From the NCBI GenBank assembly GCA_964252035.1, contig OZ176202.1: 64,000 bases of DNA; one strand, written 5' to 3'. The stretch comes from Podarcis erhardii (lineage: Eukaryota). The notes below the pieces were generated by a model that was not told the origin of the DNA, did no database searches, and saw only the letters and a program-made list of their open reading frames with translations. Made by a program: the position numbers and the translations under genes. Of this stretch, positions 26,833-40,030 are shown piece by piece. The number at the start of each line of letters is the position of its first letter. Position 1 is the first letter of the stretch.

Positions 26833-27213
26833 TACTAACTTTTTAATGTGATTAAGGCTGTGTGCTGATGGTTCTTTCTCTGCAGCAGGTGAACTTCCTG
26901 ATCCACTATTAGTAACTTGATAGTGGTATAGACATAATGGAGACGCTCTCTAGGGGCAAAAGCCTGGTCGCTCACTCTTCAAAATTCTTAGCAGCATCTT
27001 TTGGCAGTCAATGTCAGTCCTAAGGATAACTTGCACTTTTTTAGTTTAAGAGCTACATGGGCACCTATATTTATATGCACCCCTCATTTTACGTACCAAA
27101 ATATTTAATTAAAAAAAAATCAGTCCAAAAGTGTGGTAACCATGAAGGCAAGGGGATAGTTACTTTTAATGGACACTACTCAATAGCTGCCAACACCAAA
27201 CACATCGAAACCT

Positions 27214-27233
27214 AGAGAGAGAGAGAGAGAGAG
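27214..27233. repeat. (AG)n microsatellite
   Basis: 10 units. Confidence 0.95.
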
Positions 27234-29109
27234 CGCACAAGAGTTGCCCCCCCTTCCACTCTGCTTTTTTTAAAAGTTTGTTTCCTTTTTGAGGAGATCC
27301 TTGATTGAAGAACTGAGGTTGTTTTGTCTAGGGAAGACTGGCTCCAAGTAATGCAACTGCAGCCATTTGTAATTCTGCACGTGTCCACAATGGTGTGGAG
27401 GAAGTAGCAAGGATACCACCCATTTCATGAATACAGCCACAGTCTCGAAGCAGTGATTTCTACAATTGCAGGAGTCCTTTCATCAGCTGCTACAATCATG
27501 GAAATGATTCTATCACAGCGGTTGTATCGTCTGTCAGGTTAGGTCACTTATGAACATTCTTCATGTAAAGGATGATGCTGGGATGGTTACATATCATCCC
27601 CTAGCATGTTAAGACTGAAAGTACTTGTTAATGACCAATTGCAACCTACAGTACATAAAGTGGAAGAGCCCACAAAAAGTACAAACAACACAGACCCAAA
27701 AGGTAATTTCCCTTAAATAACATAGAAAGAAGGAAATTGCAATAGGTAGATTCCAGAGCTTGACTTTCTTTTCTGCTTCCTGTTTATGTGGTTTTTTGTA
27801 TTTCTAGTAACAATAATAAAAACCTCACCTCAAAGCAAAGGGCTGTTGTTTTGCTTTTTTTTCTTCAGAAGCAAAAAAAAAAAAAAGATCAAAGCCATCC
27901 CCTTAGTGTGTATCTGGCACCTTCACTATACAGCTTTTGGTGAATGGGGAAGATGTATGGTACCTCTTTACCCTGGCTTTTGGTACCTGAGATGTGTGGG
28001 ACCCACCCTTAACTCCTGTGACTGCAATATGTTTTACCTGCTTTAAATACTGAATTTTAATACTGGGACCTGCTGCTGAAGGGGGGTAATAAATTTAATG
28101 ATAATAATAATTAATAGAAAAATAAGAAAATTGAGTGATTTGTTAGAGCATTACACTATAGAGACAGCTATTAAAATAACTTGAGATAATGGTAGCAGAA
28201 CACTTGTTAACTTGGTGGTGAAATGGAAAAAGAATGAAGTGGACAGCTCAGTCAAGCAGACTAAAGTAGATTAACAGCTTGGTGGGCTTGAATTGGCATG
28301 AATGTGGTTTGAGTGAGTGTGACATCAATGAAATCCTACTTCCCAGTATTAAGAATTAGTAATAGAAATCCACAGTGGTTGGTCTTCATTATCCATCTTT
28401 TACATGGCAGCAACAAGGTAGAAAGCCAAGTCATTAATCACAGAAGTTGATATTAAGATAACTGTAGACACACTACAAACTTAAAGGAGTTTCCCATGAA
28501 GTCCTAGAACTATCTGAAAATTGCTTAGAGTCCTGCAGAAACGGTCGGGAGTGCAGCTGAGATTGAGCTAGCAATAGGAAAAACACCACTGTCCGCAGAG
28601 TGGGTTTTGGTGGTCCCATCTGGTTAAAACAAAATCAGAACATTTGTTTACTACAATAGGTATGTTCATAAATAAATAAGTAAAATTAGATGTGGCTGAA
28701 GGTGTCATTGTGAGAATGAGGAATTGTACCAGGTGATCTTATTTGAAGCTTGAAGTGGAATAACATGCCCAAATACGACACTAGCTGAAGTGCCATTGAG
28801 TATTCAAATTAAGCAAATCAGTTCTTCCTAGGGCATGTTATGTAGCTTCAGAATAATTATTTCTTTAAAACTACACATTGTATTGAGGCTGCTATTGACT
28901 GATACAGAAGCAGTAAGCTCTTCAGAAAGGTGACATTTCATAATAAATTATACCAACGTAGACTTCTAGTATTTACATGCTAATCAGTCAATCATACAAA
29001 GCAAGACCTTGGACTCCAGATAGGTTTCAGTAACTTGTCTGGCTCATTCCACAAAATTAAAGCATTTCCCAATAAATGTAATTGAAAGAGGAACAAACTT
29101 CAGGAGGTG

Positions 29110-29302
29110 CATAGGAAGCTGCCTTATACCAGGTCCAGCCATTGGTCCATCTAGCTCAGTACTATCTTCACTGATTGGCAGAGCAGCTCGCCAGGATTTC
29201 AGGCAGGGTTCTTTCCCAGCCCCTCCCTGGACATGTCAGTGTTGAAACTGGGACCTTCTGCATGCAAAAGAGATGCTCTGCCACTAATTGGTGGATCTTC
29301 CC
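29110..29302 (-). mobile_element. Same tRNA-headed/CR1-tailed SINE, reverse strand
   Basis: cataggaagctgccttatacc ... ggaccttctgcatgcaaaagagatgctctgccact is the reverse complement of the 16219 family. Confidence 0.82.
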
Positions 29303-31696
29303 TAACCAGAGACTGGATTTATATAGGTCTTTAGCTGGTTAATAGGGATATGTTCAATGGGTTCACTGCACAATGGCTCAGAAGTTGTGCATGGCAGGGA
29401 GTCGGAGTCAGTGGCCAGACGCAAAAGCAGGAAGGGCTCCTGCAGCTTTAATAATTACGTAGAAGAGGGAATGTTTTACATTGTGTGCTAATCTATACCT
29501 GGTGGAATTCCCTCTTCTACACAACTATTACAGGTGTAGCAGCCCTGTCCTCTCTTGCATCCGACCACCGTGCCTAGTAAGAGAACTCAAGATTTGCATG
29601 CAGGAGACCCCATGTTCAATTCTTGGCGCCCCTGCTTCAAAAGGGCTCTGCCAGCATGACTGGGAAGGGGGCCTGGCTGAGGTCTTGCAGACGTTACTGA
29701 GTTAATTGGACCCTCAATCTGACTTGCTATAAAGCAGCTCCACCTGTTCACAGGATCTCACTGGACTTCACTGAATTTGTGGCGGTGTTCCCCCCACCAG
29801 GTTAAAAGAATACTGGCATTATACAAGGCACCTGAGTTTGTGTGATATTTAGTGGCTTGTATTTCTTCCTTTGGAACTCTTGGCTTATTCATTGGCTTGT
29901 AAGGGTTCTCTCCCTGTTAAGAGTCCCAGCATAAAGAAATCATATTGCTTGTGAGGCTACTCAGGATCTGTTGCCAGGACCACATTTTCAGTGCCCAATT
30001 CTGTATCTCCTCAGCAGATGTGCCCAACACCCTCACAATGCCTTCAAGGGAACCGCAGCTGTATGGTGGGCAGCTGGCAAAGCTGGAGTAATGCTTTTGA
30101 GAAGCTTTTATGGCAGGGCACATGTTTTCGTGTGTGGAGGGTCTAATTCAGTGACACAGCTTGTTTCCCCCCCCCTCCCCAAAAGGGAGGAAAACTCCTC
30201 TGTCACAGGGCTCCTGCTCCTCTGTAGAAAGGCAAGTTGTGTAGTAACAGTGTACAATATGGGGGAAGAGAACTTTGTTTCAAAACGATGTTGGGTAAAG
30301 ACCTAGCTTTTTCATTTCATTTCATTTATTTTACAACATTTTTATATTGCCTAATAACTTAACCAAACTTATAATCATTTAAAATATTAGTCATTAAGTG
30401 GTATATAAATGTCTTAAATAAATAGTAATAAATTTCTCATTGGAAATAGAAGAGATAATACCACCAGCAGTCAGCCCTATAAAACAGCACTGCAAAGTAC
30501 TGAAAGATTATTTTTACATACCATAGGGAAATAAAAAGTTTTCTAGCTAGTGTTGAAAGGGCCATAATGTGGGTGCTAATCAAGATTCTCCTGGCAGGGC
30601 ATTCTTTATGTTTCAGGGGTTTCCCTCCATTCCAAACATGGAAGAGTATTTTTTGTTTTAATCTTCTGAAACCAGAAATAAAACCTAAGGACTTGGTTTG
30701 CTTTTTTAATCTTAGGTATCCAGGGCAATTTAATTAATTCACAAATGTGTGGTGTACTAAATGATCCATGAACCATCTTTTATCTTTTATTTTGTGGCTG
30801 CTATTTTAATTCATAGGAATTTAGTTAAACCAGTCTGGTATTAGACTGGATGATGTCAGGAACATATCTACTACTGTTGGAATTTTCAGACTAATTCATA
30901 TAGCCTATTTCTGTAATGTGTGCATTCCTGCATGAATTCTCTGCAGCTGTAGTTAGAGCTTGAGTATGTGATTTATTTAGGGCTTGTTCACACATCTGGG
31001 TTTATTGCATTGTGCTTATATTCCTTTTGCTTGAGTTTGAGTTAGAATGCTTCAAGAAAGTGGAAGACTTGATGGCAAACTAGATGTGATGTTAAATGTG
31101 TGAATGCATTTGTGTCCATGGACTGCTGCCCCCCCCAGATCAAGTAAAACAATAGAATTACTTAACTGACCAATCGTGTTGGTTCTGCCGACAAAAATCC
31201 TAGCTATGCCCATGCTTGTGTCTTTTAAAAAACGTACTTTCAGTGCAACAGCTGCAAGAGGGGATCAGGATCAGGACTATGGCATATGAGGAGGGAGAGT
31301 TTTACCCTCCTACCATATCACAATCCTGCTAAAACTCCCTTCTCTCTGATGCTGTTGTTTACCGCAGGAGGGAAACTGCCAGTTGCACCAATGGTATTCT
31401 GCTCTGGGAGGGGGAAATTGTATCTGCTTGGACCACAGCATAGGAGGTAAATGCTAAATCTTCCTTGCTGTGCAACACATTTCCAATCCTAACCCCTTCA
31501 CTGTGGGTATTAATTTCATAGTTGAAAATAGACTTATTAAATGATTAATACAGTCTGCATCCTATTTGGTTTTACCCTGAGGAAGTGACTCAATTTTCTT
31601 TTAACTTTATCCTTAGCATTAACATATGATGTGGGTGGGTGGTGGGGAGGCACCTGCTGTAGTCAATTAGTACAAAATTTACAAGGATACGTTCAC

Positions 31697-31812
31697 AGAG
31701 TGCTGTTGTACTTAGATCCTGCTTTCCACAGGAATCTCTGGTCAGCCACTGCGAGAACAGGATACTGATCTAGATGGGCCATTGGCCTGATCCGGCACCT
31801 TCTTCTTATTTG
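31697..31812 (+). mobile_element. CR1 3' UTR relic
   Basis: ggtcagccactgcgagaacaggatactgatctagatgggccattggcctgatcc. Confidence 0.72.
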
Positions 31813-32064
31813 CTCTATAATTTTGGCAATACCCAAGCAAATTACTTTGTGATTTAATTTAGAGATCATAAAGCTAAGCTTAGCCACCAACTTTAGGAAT
31901 CAATCTGTTACTATCACAGTCAACCTTCTCACCTAATGCAAAAAGAAAACAAAATAGGAGGGATCACACTGGTTTGCTTGAGATATGATGATAGCATTTC
32001 AAAATATATATTGTGTTGGTCTGTTGGCTTTTCAATGGGTTACAGTTCCCATTTTCTGTTTCAG

Positions 32065-32205
32065 CCGCTTGGAGCCAGTGATTACTTGGAAGTAGCTATG
32101 CATTTTGACCTAGTCTTTGTTCGTCACATACCTGCGTTTACAATGGCAAAAAGGACCCAAGCTCGCCGCTTCATTACTCTTGTTGATACTTTTTATGACA
32201 AGAAG
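32065..32205 (+). CDS. AFG1L: AFG1L coding exon 11 equivalent (141 nt)
   Basis: ctgtttcAG|CCGCTT...AAGAAG|GTaagc; PLGASDYLEVAMHFDLVFVRHIPAFTMAKRTQARRFITLVDTFYDKK (motifs PLGASDYL and RRFITL). Confidence 0.97.
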
Positions 32206-34581
32206 GTAAGCAGTCAGTTGGTAAATTCTTACAAGATGAAAGCATCTTGAATTGCTCTGGAAATTATCAGTATAAGATTAATGGGTAATGCAAGTTAAAT
32301 CTTCCTATTTTCTCTCATATTTGCCTGCTGCTTTGGGAAATTGGTTCCACATGAGATGACAGGGGTGAACAAGTCACGGGACAATTTAACCCAGATACAG
32401 TTTAGGTCATAGGTCTTCAACAGGTGGGAATTAAATTTGGTGTGATTTTAATTTGGTGTGTTTTTAATTTCCTGGAATCAAATGGCAATGCCAATCAATT
32501 TCATTAGGTGAGCCTGAGTTCCAGCACTATAAAAGAAGAACGAAACATTCTCTCTTGTTTTCTCCAAACCAGGACGCATAGATAAAACAGTGCTGCTCAC
32601 CAAATCCTATCCCTGAAAATCTGCAACTCCAACGTGGAGTTTAAGATAGCTTTAGATATTAGAAAATTGTTGGTATATTCTGCCCCATGCCCCCACCAAC
32701 TCTCCTGAGTCAAAATAATATCTTTCCAAGAGAAATGATCATGATTCTTTTTTCTTGATTGGTAAAAAGTCACATCATGTTTTGCAAGCCGAACAATAGT
32801 TAAGTTGAAATTATCCACAAAGTTTTGTTTGCTGCTATAATTCCAGGGTACAGATCTGCTTTGTTTTTGTTTTATTTCACCTCGAGTCCCAGTCATGATT
32901 CGTTATAAGTGAACAGACGAGTAAAGTGTTAATGGGTTTGCCCCAAAGTGATAATAATTTTAAAAGAAACAGCCACTCTTGGTTTTAGTCTGAGTTGTGG
33001 GACCTCTAATGAAATAGTAATGATAAATGCAGCACTTAGCTTGGATTTACAAAGGTTTCAATAATGGGAGCAAAATCAGCAGTATTAAAACAACTAAAAA
33101 AGGCTCTTTATATTTAAGCTGATGTTTTAAAAAGTAATGGAAGACATTAAGCTTCACCCTATGTGTGATTATAGCCACGCACTTAAATATTTATGCAATC
33201 AGGAAATATCGATTGAGATTAAAAACCTTTTTCAAAAATGTCCTGGCAAAGAAATTCACACAAAAAAACCCTACCTTTAGTTCAGCAAGATAGTTGGGAC
33301 TTATCCAGACAATCTTATCTTTGTTTAGTAAATGACTTAGATGCAGCTCACTTTTTCTGGTGGATCCAGATGTCTTTTCTCAAAACTCCTGCATTTTCCT
33401 CACAGTCAAACAACAATATTTTCTCACTGGACATTATGGTGAGCCACACACACAAGTATGTTATCTTACCTTGCCAATTATAAGTATTATTCTAAAAGTG
33501 TCACGAGCCCTGTTAGCTACTGGCTGTATTTAAAGCTGGGAGAGTGCTTGTTCTTTCTTCACTGGACAATTGCCCTATCATAGAGACCAACAGTTTAAAA
33601 TATACATTGGCACCTGCAGCTTGTGAAATGGCAGGCTGTGTACTAGAGGTTCTCAACTTTATTAACTTTATCCTCTTTTTAAAAAGGATGCTAAAACTTA
33701 AAGGCTGACAACTAGCAACTCACATTAAATGTATTTTAGACCATAACCCCTATTGGGCCCAGGCAGCAGACCATCTAGAGGGCACCAGGTTGGGAGAGTC
33801 TGCTCTAGCACTTGTAGAACAAACATCATGAAGCAAAATGCGCAGGTACCATTCCAGGAATTGTTTGGTGGCAAAGGAGCCGCCTCCCACCTTTCACTGA
33901 ATTTAGTCAATGAGTAAAGTCACAGCTGTGATTGAGGAGTACTATGGCAAAATTTAGAATTGCACACATCAGAGACGCCAAAATGACTTCAGAATTACTC
34001 CAGGCAGTGTAGAAGGAAATTCCTGGTTCACTTTGAAACTGTGTTTTGGTCTTCCTTGATGTATGTTTGCGTGGCTCTATATTGTTCTCTTGACTCAGAA
34101 AATGGTCATTTTGAAGCTGACAAAAATTCCCTGGTAGAGAAGTGACAATTGTCTAGAAAAAAGAGAAATACAAAACTGTAATGTTGCGGTGCCTAGCTAT
34201 AGTATTTCCACCCAAAAGCAAAAGGTAGTAGCAAAATTTATTCTTTCTGATACAGTTTTCATGCCATGCCAAAAGATATATTATTTTTTATTTAACATTT
34301 CAAAATTCCATGAGTTACACTTGGCTTTTCATATTTTCTGGTGATGCATCTATAAGCATTAATGTTGTTTCAAAAAAATTAATGATAATAAATCACCAAT
34401 TAAATTTGTCACAACTGAATTTAATTCATCTAACAAAGCATAACCAATTAGTAGCCTTATTTCAGTTAATTTCTGCCCTGCCTTCCATTGTGGCACAGAG
34501 TTTCAATATTGTTTTACTACAAAAGGAAAGTAGCTTATTGCATGATAATGTTCAATGAGCATAAGTATTTTAAATTGTGTT

Positions 34582-34615
<34 letters not shown>
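34582..34615. repeat. Compound (TG)n(AG)n microsatellite
   Basis: Direct reading. Confidence 0.95.
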
Positions 34616-35074
34616 TGACTGTAAGCTAAATGCTGTACAAAACCAGTAGAAATAAATGCCCTAATGCTGACTTACATTCTTAAGAATAGTAGAAGAAAAG
34701 AATGACCTACATTTAGATTTTGAGGATATTTACTACATATAGGTTTTGATGGTAAGATGCTATACCCAATGACTATGTAAAAGAACTAAAGTTAGTGGTG
34801 GTTGTGTTAGAATGGCACATTTTTTATAAATGGGTTTATGGTTAGTGTTTGTGAAGTGAAGAAATAATGATGGTACAGTACAAGCCACTTTCATTCTGCA
34901 TTCTTATGGAGAGCTACTTACGCTTGGCAAAATCAGAAATCATTTCAGTTGTTGTTTATATCAAAATTGCTACTTACACCATACAAAATGAAAACATGGT
35001 GAATTTTACAAAATTCAAATGGAGAAATAGGAGCTATATATGATAGCACCTACAGCTTTTTCACTCTCTTCCAG

Positions 35075-35188
35075 GTGCGTATTGTTTGCTCTGCATCAGC
35101 ACCACTCCAAAACATATTTATTCAAGAATCCCATGATGGTGGATTGGACGAAAGTAGGGTAATGATGGACGATTTGGGGTTGAGCCAG
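35075..35188 (+). CDS. AFG1L: AFG1L coding exon 12 equivalent (114 nt)
   Basis: ctcttccAG|GTGCGT...AGCCAG|GTaagc; VRIVCSASAPLQNIFIQESHDGGLDESRVMMDDLGLSQ. Confidence 0.96.
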
Positions 35189-35528
35189 GTAAGCACTATG
35201 ACCATTAGAGCCTTTGTTGCAGGAGAGCATAATTGGTTTTGGTCTGAGTGGTGGTGCTAGGGGGGCAGTGAGCAGCAAAAGCATTTAACCGGTCATTCTG
35301 TAGCTTTCTGGCAGGATCAACGTTGCACCTTTTCTTCTATTCCAACTTAATGCAATGCTATTCATAAATGGTTTGAACCAATCCCTTTTAGCATAATTCT
35401 AGAGATACTTCTAATCTTTTACTCAGTATGTGTTTCTAATATATTAGAAATATTGGGTCATGCTGCTGCTTTAATACATGTTCTTCAGATTTAGTGCAGC
35501 TACATTTAGCTTTGTACATTGCACTTGT

Positions 35529-35558
<30 letters not shown>
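35529..35558. repeat. (ATC)n microsatellite
   Basis: 10 units. Confidence 0.97.
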
Positions 35559-35559
<1 letters not shown>

Positions 35560-35741
35560 CACCTTTTTCCTGGACTGGAACTCAAGGCACCTTATTTTAC
35601 TTGAGCCACCATATTGGGAATCTGTTTATTGTCTAATAGGTGTGTTATAAGTGTCTCTATCACTCCAGGTTTACAAAGGAGAGAGCTGATAAATACTGCT
35701 TCCCCAAACTGATATGCACAGGATTTGTAATTAACTAACTT

Positions 35742-35867
35742 TTACTCAGAGTAGGCCCATTGGAATTAAAGAGCCTAAGTTGTTGTTGTTTTGTCGTGTC
35801 CGACTCTTCGTGACCCCATGGACCAGAAGCACGTTAGTCATGGTCATTAAGCAATTACTCTGAGTAA
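35742..35867. repeat. Short palindromic squamate repeat interrupted by the Bov-B fragment
   Basis: Perfect 12-bp terminal inverted repeat ttactcagagta (35742-35753) / tactctgagtaa (35856-35867). Confidence 0.65.
35779..35833 (-). mobile_element. Extreme 3' fragment of an RTE/Bov-B LINE with (CAA)n tail
   Basis: Reverse complement: gtgcttctggtccatggggtcacgaagagtcggacacgacaaaacaacaacaac, the diagnostic Bov-B 3' end. Confidence 0.8.
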
Positions 35868-36965
35868 TTGTTGGTTGAATACAACCCAGAATACAAGAAT
35901 CTGTTGCTTGCATTTCTGCATTAAAGATTGTATTTCTATTCTTACATTATATAGTTTATGAATACTAATACCTAACAGAAAGTTAAATCAGAAGTTAGAA
36001 GCCTCAAGTAATTTTATCTATGGCAAATAGTTTCCAGTGTTTATCCAGTAAAAATAGGTTTCCTAATAAGTACTCTTTTCTAATAATGTCTCCCTTTTAT
36101 ATCTTATAAAGAAATATAGTGGTTCTGAAAAGTAATTTAAGGGTTGCAGCTTAGTCCTCTTGTTGCTGATATTTCAGTGTATGCTGTTAATGCACAGTAG
36201 ACTCACACAGTTTTCTATCTTAGTGCCATTCACCTTGGTGGGGGAAAGCATAATGTTTTCAGAATATGAGCCAACACACATTTTAAAAGCCTTGTCCTAG
36301 CATGTTATATACTTGAGAAAACTTGCTTTCATTTTAGTCCTGCTGTGAAAGGAAATTCAAAGAAAGTGAGAGGAATGTTTTGTGAACCCAGTCTGTTAAC
36401 TCCTAACTGATAAGGATAAAAAAACAACACATTACTGAATATATGTTAAACACAAGTGTCTCTGAAATATCTCTATCATACAAAAATGTTGTACAAAACT
36501 GTGATGTGATGCACAAATGGGGGGAGGTGGGAATGGAAAGAGATTCATCCTCACGGTACATTGGCCCCTGCAGGGCCAGCTGTGTTATGGTGATATTTAA
36601 ACCTAATATTTTGTTGTGGCTTTACCACTGGCAAAGGAAGATATAGGTTAATTGTTATCATAGAACAAATGTGTGCTTTTCAATTAGCCTCTATATTTGG
36701 GGTGGAGAACCAGATGTTATTGAACTGCAACTTACAACACGTCCGACCATTGGCCATGCTGGCTGGGACTGATGGAAGATGGAGTCCACCAACATCTGGA
36801 GGGCCATTGGTTCCCTATCCCTATGAGGCCATCAAACCTGCCACTGCAGGCAGTAAAAAAAAAGTTACATGGGCAATACCATTTTATTGCACGAAGACTG
36901 ATATATGGAGTCATCCAAATAGCCTTTATCTGTGTAGGCAAAAGGATGTGTGCCATTCAATGTAA

Positions 36966-36968
<3 letters not shown>

Positions 36969-37014
<46 letters not shown>
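36969..37014. repeat. (GT)n microsatellite
   Basis: 23 units. Confidence 0.98.
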
Positions 37015-37017
<3 letters not shown>

Positions 37018-37502
37018 ACTATTATCAACCACAGAAAACAGTCCCAGTCCCTACTCTTGGAATAAATATTTTTAAAGCCTCTCAAACTTCTGTCTAACTG
37101 GAAAAGGTTTGTGTGCATGTAATAAAGTCTGTGTTTTAGAGTTAGCTAGCTGAATTGTGCCTGTGTTTCACAAACATGTAACGCAGAGACCTGCAATATC
37201 ACCAAAAAATATTGCACAGAAGCACAGCCAAAAGCAGCAACTGCAAGGTGTTGCTCCCTGTATCCTTTTTTTAATATTTGAGAATAGTTTTGTTCCCCAA
37301 AAGCATGAATGCAGAAGAAAGGGAGCTCGATGGTTATGGATTGCACACAAAGCTGGGGGGGGGGGGGGTGAGGCGAGCGGACGGACTGTGACTATGTGGG
37401 CTCAGGCCCCACTGCAAGTTTGAGAAGTCTTTCCTTTTCTGGTTTCTTTTTAATGCTCTCTGCATTTTAAAAAAATTGTTCTTTGCTTCCATCTCTCTCT
37501 AG

Positions 37503-37649
37503 GATTCAGCTCAAGGACTTTCAATGTTCACGGGAGAGGAGGAGATTTTTGCCCTTCAGCGTACCATCTCACGACTGACGGAAATGCAGACTGAGCAGTA
37601 CTGGAAGGAAGGGGACAGGAGCAACCAGCCACAGTTGCAAAAAGACTAG
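37503..37649 (+). CDS. AFG1L: AFG1L terminal coding exon 13 equivalent (147 nt including TAG)
   Basis: ctctctctAG|GATTCA...GACTAG; DSAQGLSMFTGEEEIFALQRTISRLTEMQTEQYWKEGDRSNQPQLQKD* (family motif GEEE.FA..RT.SRL.EMQ). Confidence 0.97.
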   Translation, partial: DSAQGLSMFTGEEEIFALQRTISRLTEMQTEQYWKEGDRSNQPQLQKD

Positions 37650-40030
37650 CAAAACACAAATAGTAGTTGTAAAGAAGAAGAGTTCTAACTCACACCTTAC
37701 TTCCTAAACATTTGCCTTTTTATGTGTTAACAAGGGACAGGTTACATGCTGGAATGCTGGTGGGAACAGTTTTATGCCTATGTGTGGAAGTCCAGCCTAA
37801 CATGAAGTCTTTCCTGACCAAGAATCCAAATCCAGTTTTAATCTACAAATTATGTGAAAAGGAGTGCCACATAGTTTATGGACTGCATTTGTATATCATA
37901 CTTGAAAAACTACAGCTCGAACAAATGGTAGGCTCAAACCAGGCAAATTAAGTACATATTATTGCACCTGCCTATCTCTAGTATTTCGGCTACAGATAAC
38001 TGCACCTTCAGTACCCTTGAATTTATTTTTTTTAATGATTCTGGGCAGCAACTAACAAAATCAGTTTCTCATTTTACTAAGTACAAAATCACATAATAGC
38101 ATTTTGGTAGCTCTGCCATTCTAAATACATTTCTTATTTCTGCTTGCCTACTGCCACAGTAGACCTACTTATTGTTATTCCATTGCCTGTATATGTGACC
38201 CCCTGTCTCAAATTCTTCTGATAGGGAGGGCGCAAAGAGAAAATAAAAGTGGAATTATAGAACCAAGAGTAAAAAATGCCAATAAGTGGATAAGTATCAA
38301 AGCAAAAGTGAACTCACTGTGTCTTGTATAGGCAGACCAGATAGGACAATCTTACAAGATTTGAGGTGAACTTTGTACTGGTAGTGAAAATGGACTTTAT
38401 ATTGGAATTTGACTAAGCTGTCCTCCTTCCCGCCTGATGCTGAGGATCTTTTCAAGCAGCTATGCACAAGACAGTAAGTGCAAATCTACACGCACTCATA
38501 TACCCGCCACCACAATGCAGTGATCCTTCTACACCAGATAGTCACCATTGCCACGTGTAACATTGGTGGATCATGCTCTTTTACTAAACAGCACAGGAGA
38601 AAGCAATGCAAACACAGAAACATCTCTTAGCAGTTCAACCACCCATCAGTCATGATATTGCTTTACTAATAAGACCGCCAACATTGTTCATTTAGGAAAG
38701 GTACCAGTCAATGAATGGTGTTGGTAGCATAACTCTTGGATACCCAATGTACACCACAAACAATGCACAGTCTGGCATCCTCAAAGGCACACTTCCCAGT
38801 GCCGACCACCATGGTACAGTAAGCAGGAGCACCAAAACTGGCTTATGAATATAAAGGACAATTTTACTAGAATAGGTATATAAATTCATAAACCTACTAA
38901 ACAATGAGCAGGAGGTCAACACTGATAGTTATGGCTATTTACTCCAGGGCTAGTTAAAGACAATGTCTTGCAGTGGACAAATGCAGACAACCAGCAAGCA
39001 GCCACTATTTTGTGAGTTAAATAGGGCCATGCATAGAAAGAGAAACCAACATTCCTTCCATAATAGTTGCCCATGGGCTACTTGAGAAATCAAATCCACT
39101 AGGAAAAAATGCTTCCAGACAGGCAATACAAACAGTATAACCACTTTTGTTTGAAGGACACAAGCTGTTTTAAAGGTCGAAAGCTGTATGACAAGGAAAA
39201 GGAGAAAAAAGATTATTTTGTGGGTGCTCTGCTAGCAAGAATGGCATCTGCTGCAAAAAGCGGCGCGGGGGGGTGAACTAGAAACAATCCTTCCCACCCC
39301 ATAGACCTGTTCTCTATCCTCACAGCCACAGGAACAGAAAGACGTATGATGAGGTCTTTGTCATCTTCCAGACCATATTGACCAAGATTGACGAGGTTTT
39401 ATGTGGACCCATAAACACACATTGTGTCAGTCCTGATCCTAAAGGCAGCTGAGCTAAGTTACAGTACTTTTACTAAACTTCATAGGTGGAAGATAGTTCT
39501 GATAGCTTTGTGAACACAAAGGACTGTGTATTTGATGGTGAGAAATAAGTACATTTCCCCCTATTGTTTCCCCTCCATGCTGGGTACTGCTGTATCTGCT
39601 GTGGCAACTGTCTGCCAGGCACGCTTAGGAAAAAGTTAGCAATTCCACATTGTAGTAGCTTGATTCCCACGGACCACTGCTGGATTTGTTGTAGACCACC
39701 TCTTAGGCAACGGGGAATAACCTTGTTTCTTCACCTCTTGGAAGGTTTTCTGCAGAGAGCCAAGTGAGACACAGGGACAGTAATGAGTAATAGTTAGCAA
39801 CTTCATCAGAGTCTGGAGGCAACCAAACCAAACTGGAATATTTATTTTACTTCTTGAAAATTGTATACCATTGTATACCTGCAAAAGCCCTTCCAAGATG
39901 CCAAAGGACAACGTGTAAGAAATAGTTGAATGTGGAAGATTATTGCCATAATTGTAAAATCCATTTTAAGTGTATAAGCCTTGTGGAATACAAAGTGTAA
40001 ATAAAAATGTCAATTATATTTAAAACCTAC
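37650..40030 (+). other. AFG1L: Probable AFG1L 3' UTR with candidate poly(A) signals AATAAA at 38242-38247 and 40000-40005
   Basis: Follows the stop codon; the distal AATAAA is preceded by a cluster of TGTA motifs (39862-39999). The true end is not determinable without transcript data. Confidence 0.45.

Noticed and set aside
33771-33785. Weaker CTCF-like matches (also 56288-56303)
   Set aside because: Two or more mismatches at core positions.
39346-39436. C/D-box snoRNA-like spacing (ATGATGA ... CTGA)
   Set aside because: No terminal stem, and it lies in the putative 3' UTR rather than an intron.
39320-39450. Acceptor-like site followed by the protein-looking frame RKTYDEVFVIFQTILTKIDEVLCGP
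   Set aside because: No downstream donor or recognisable homolog; a tBLASTx search would be needed to revisit it.
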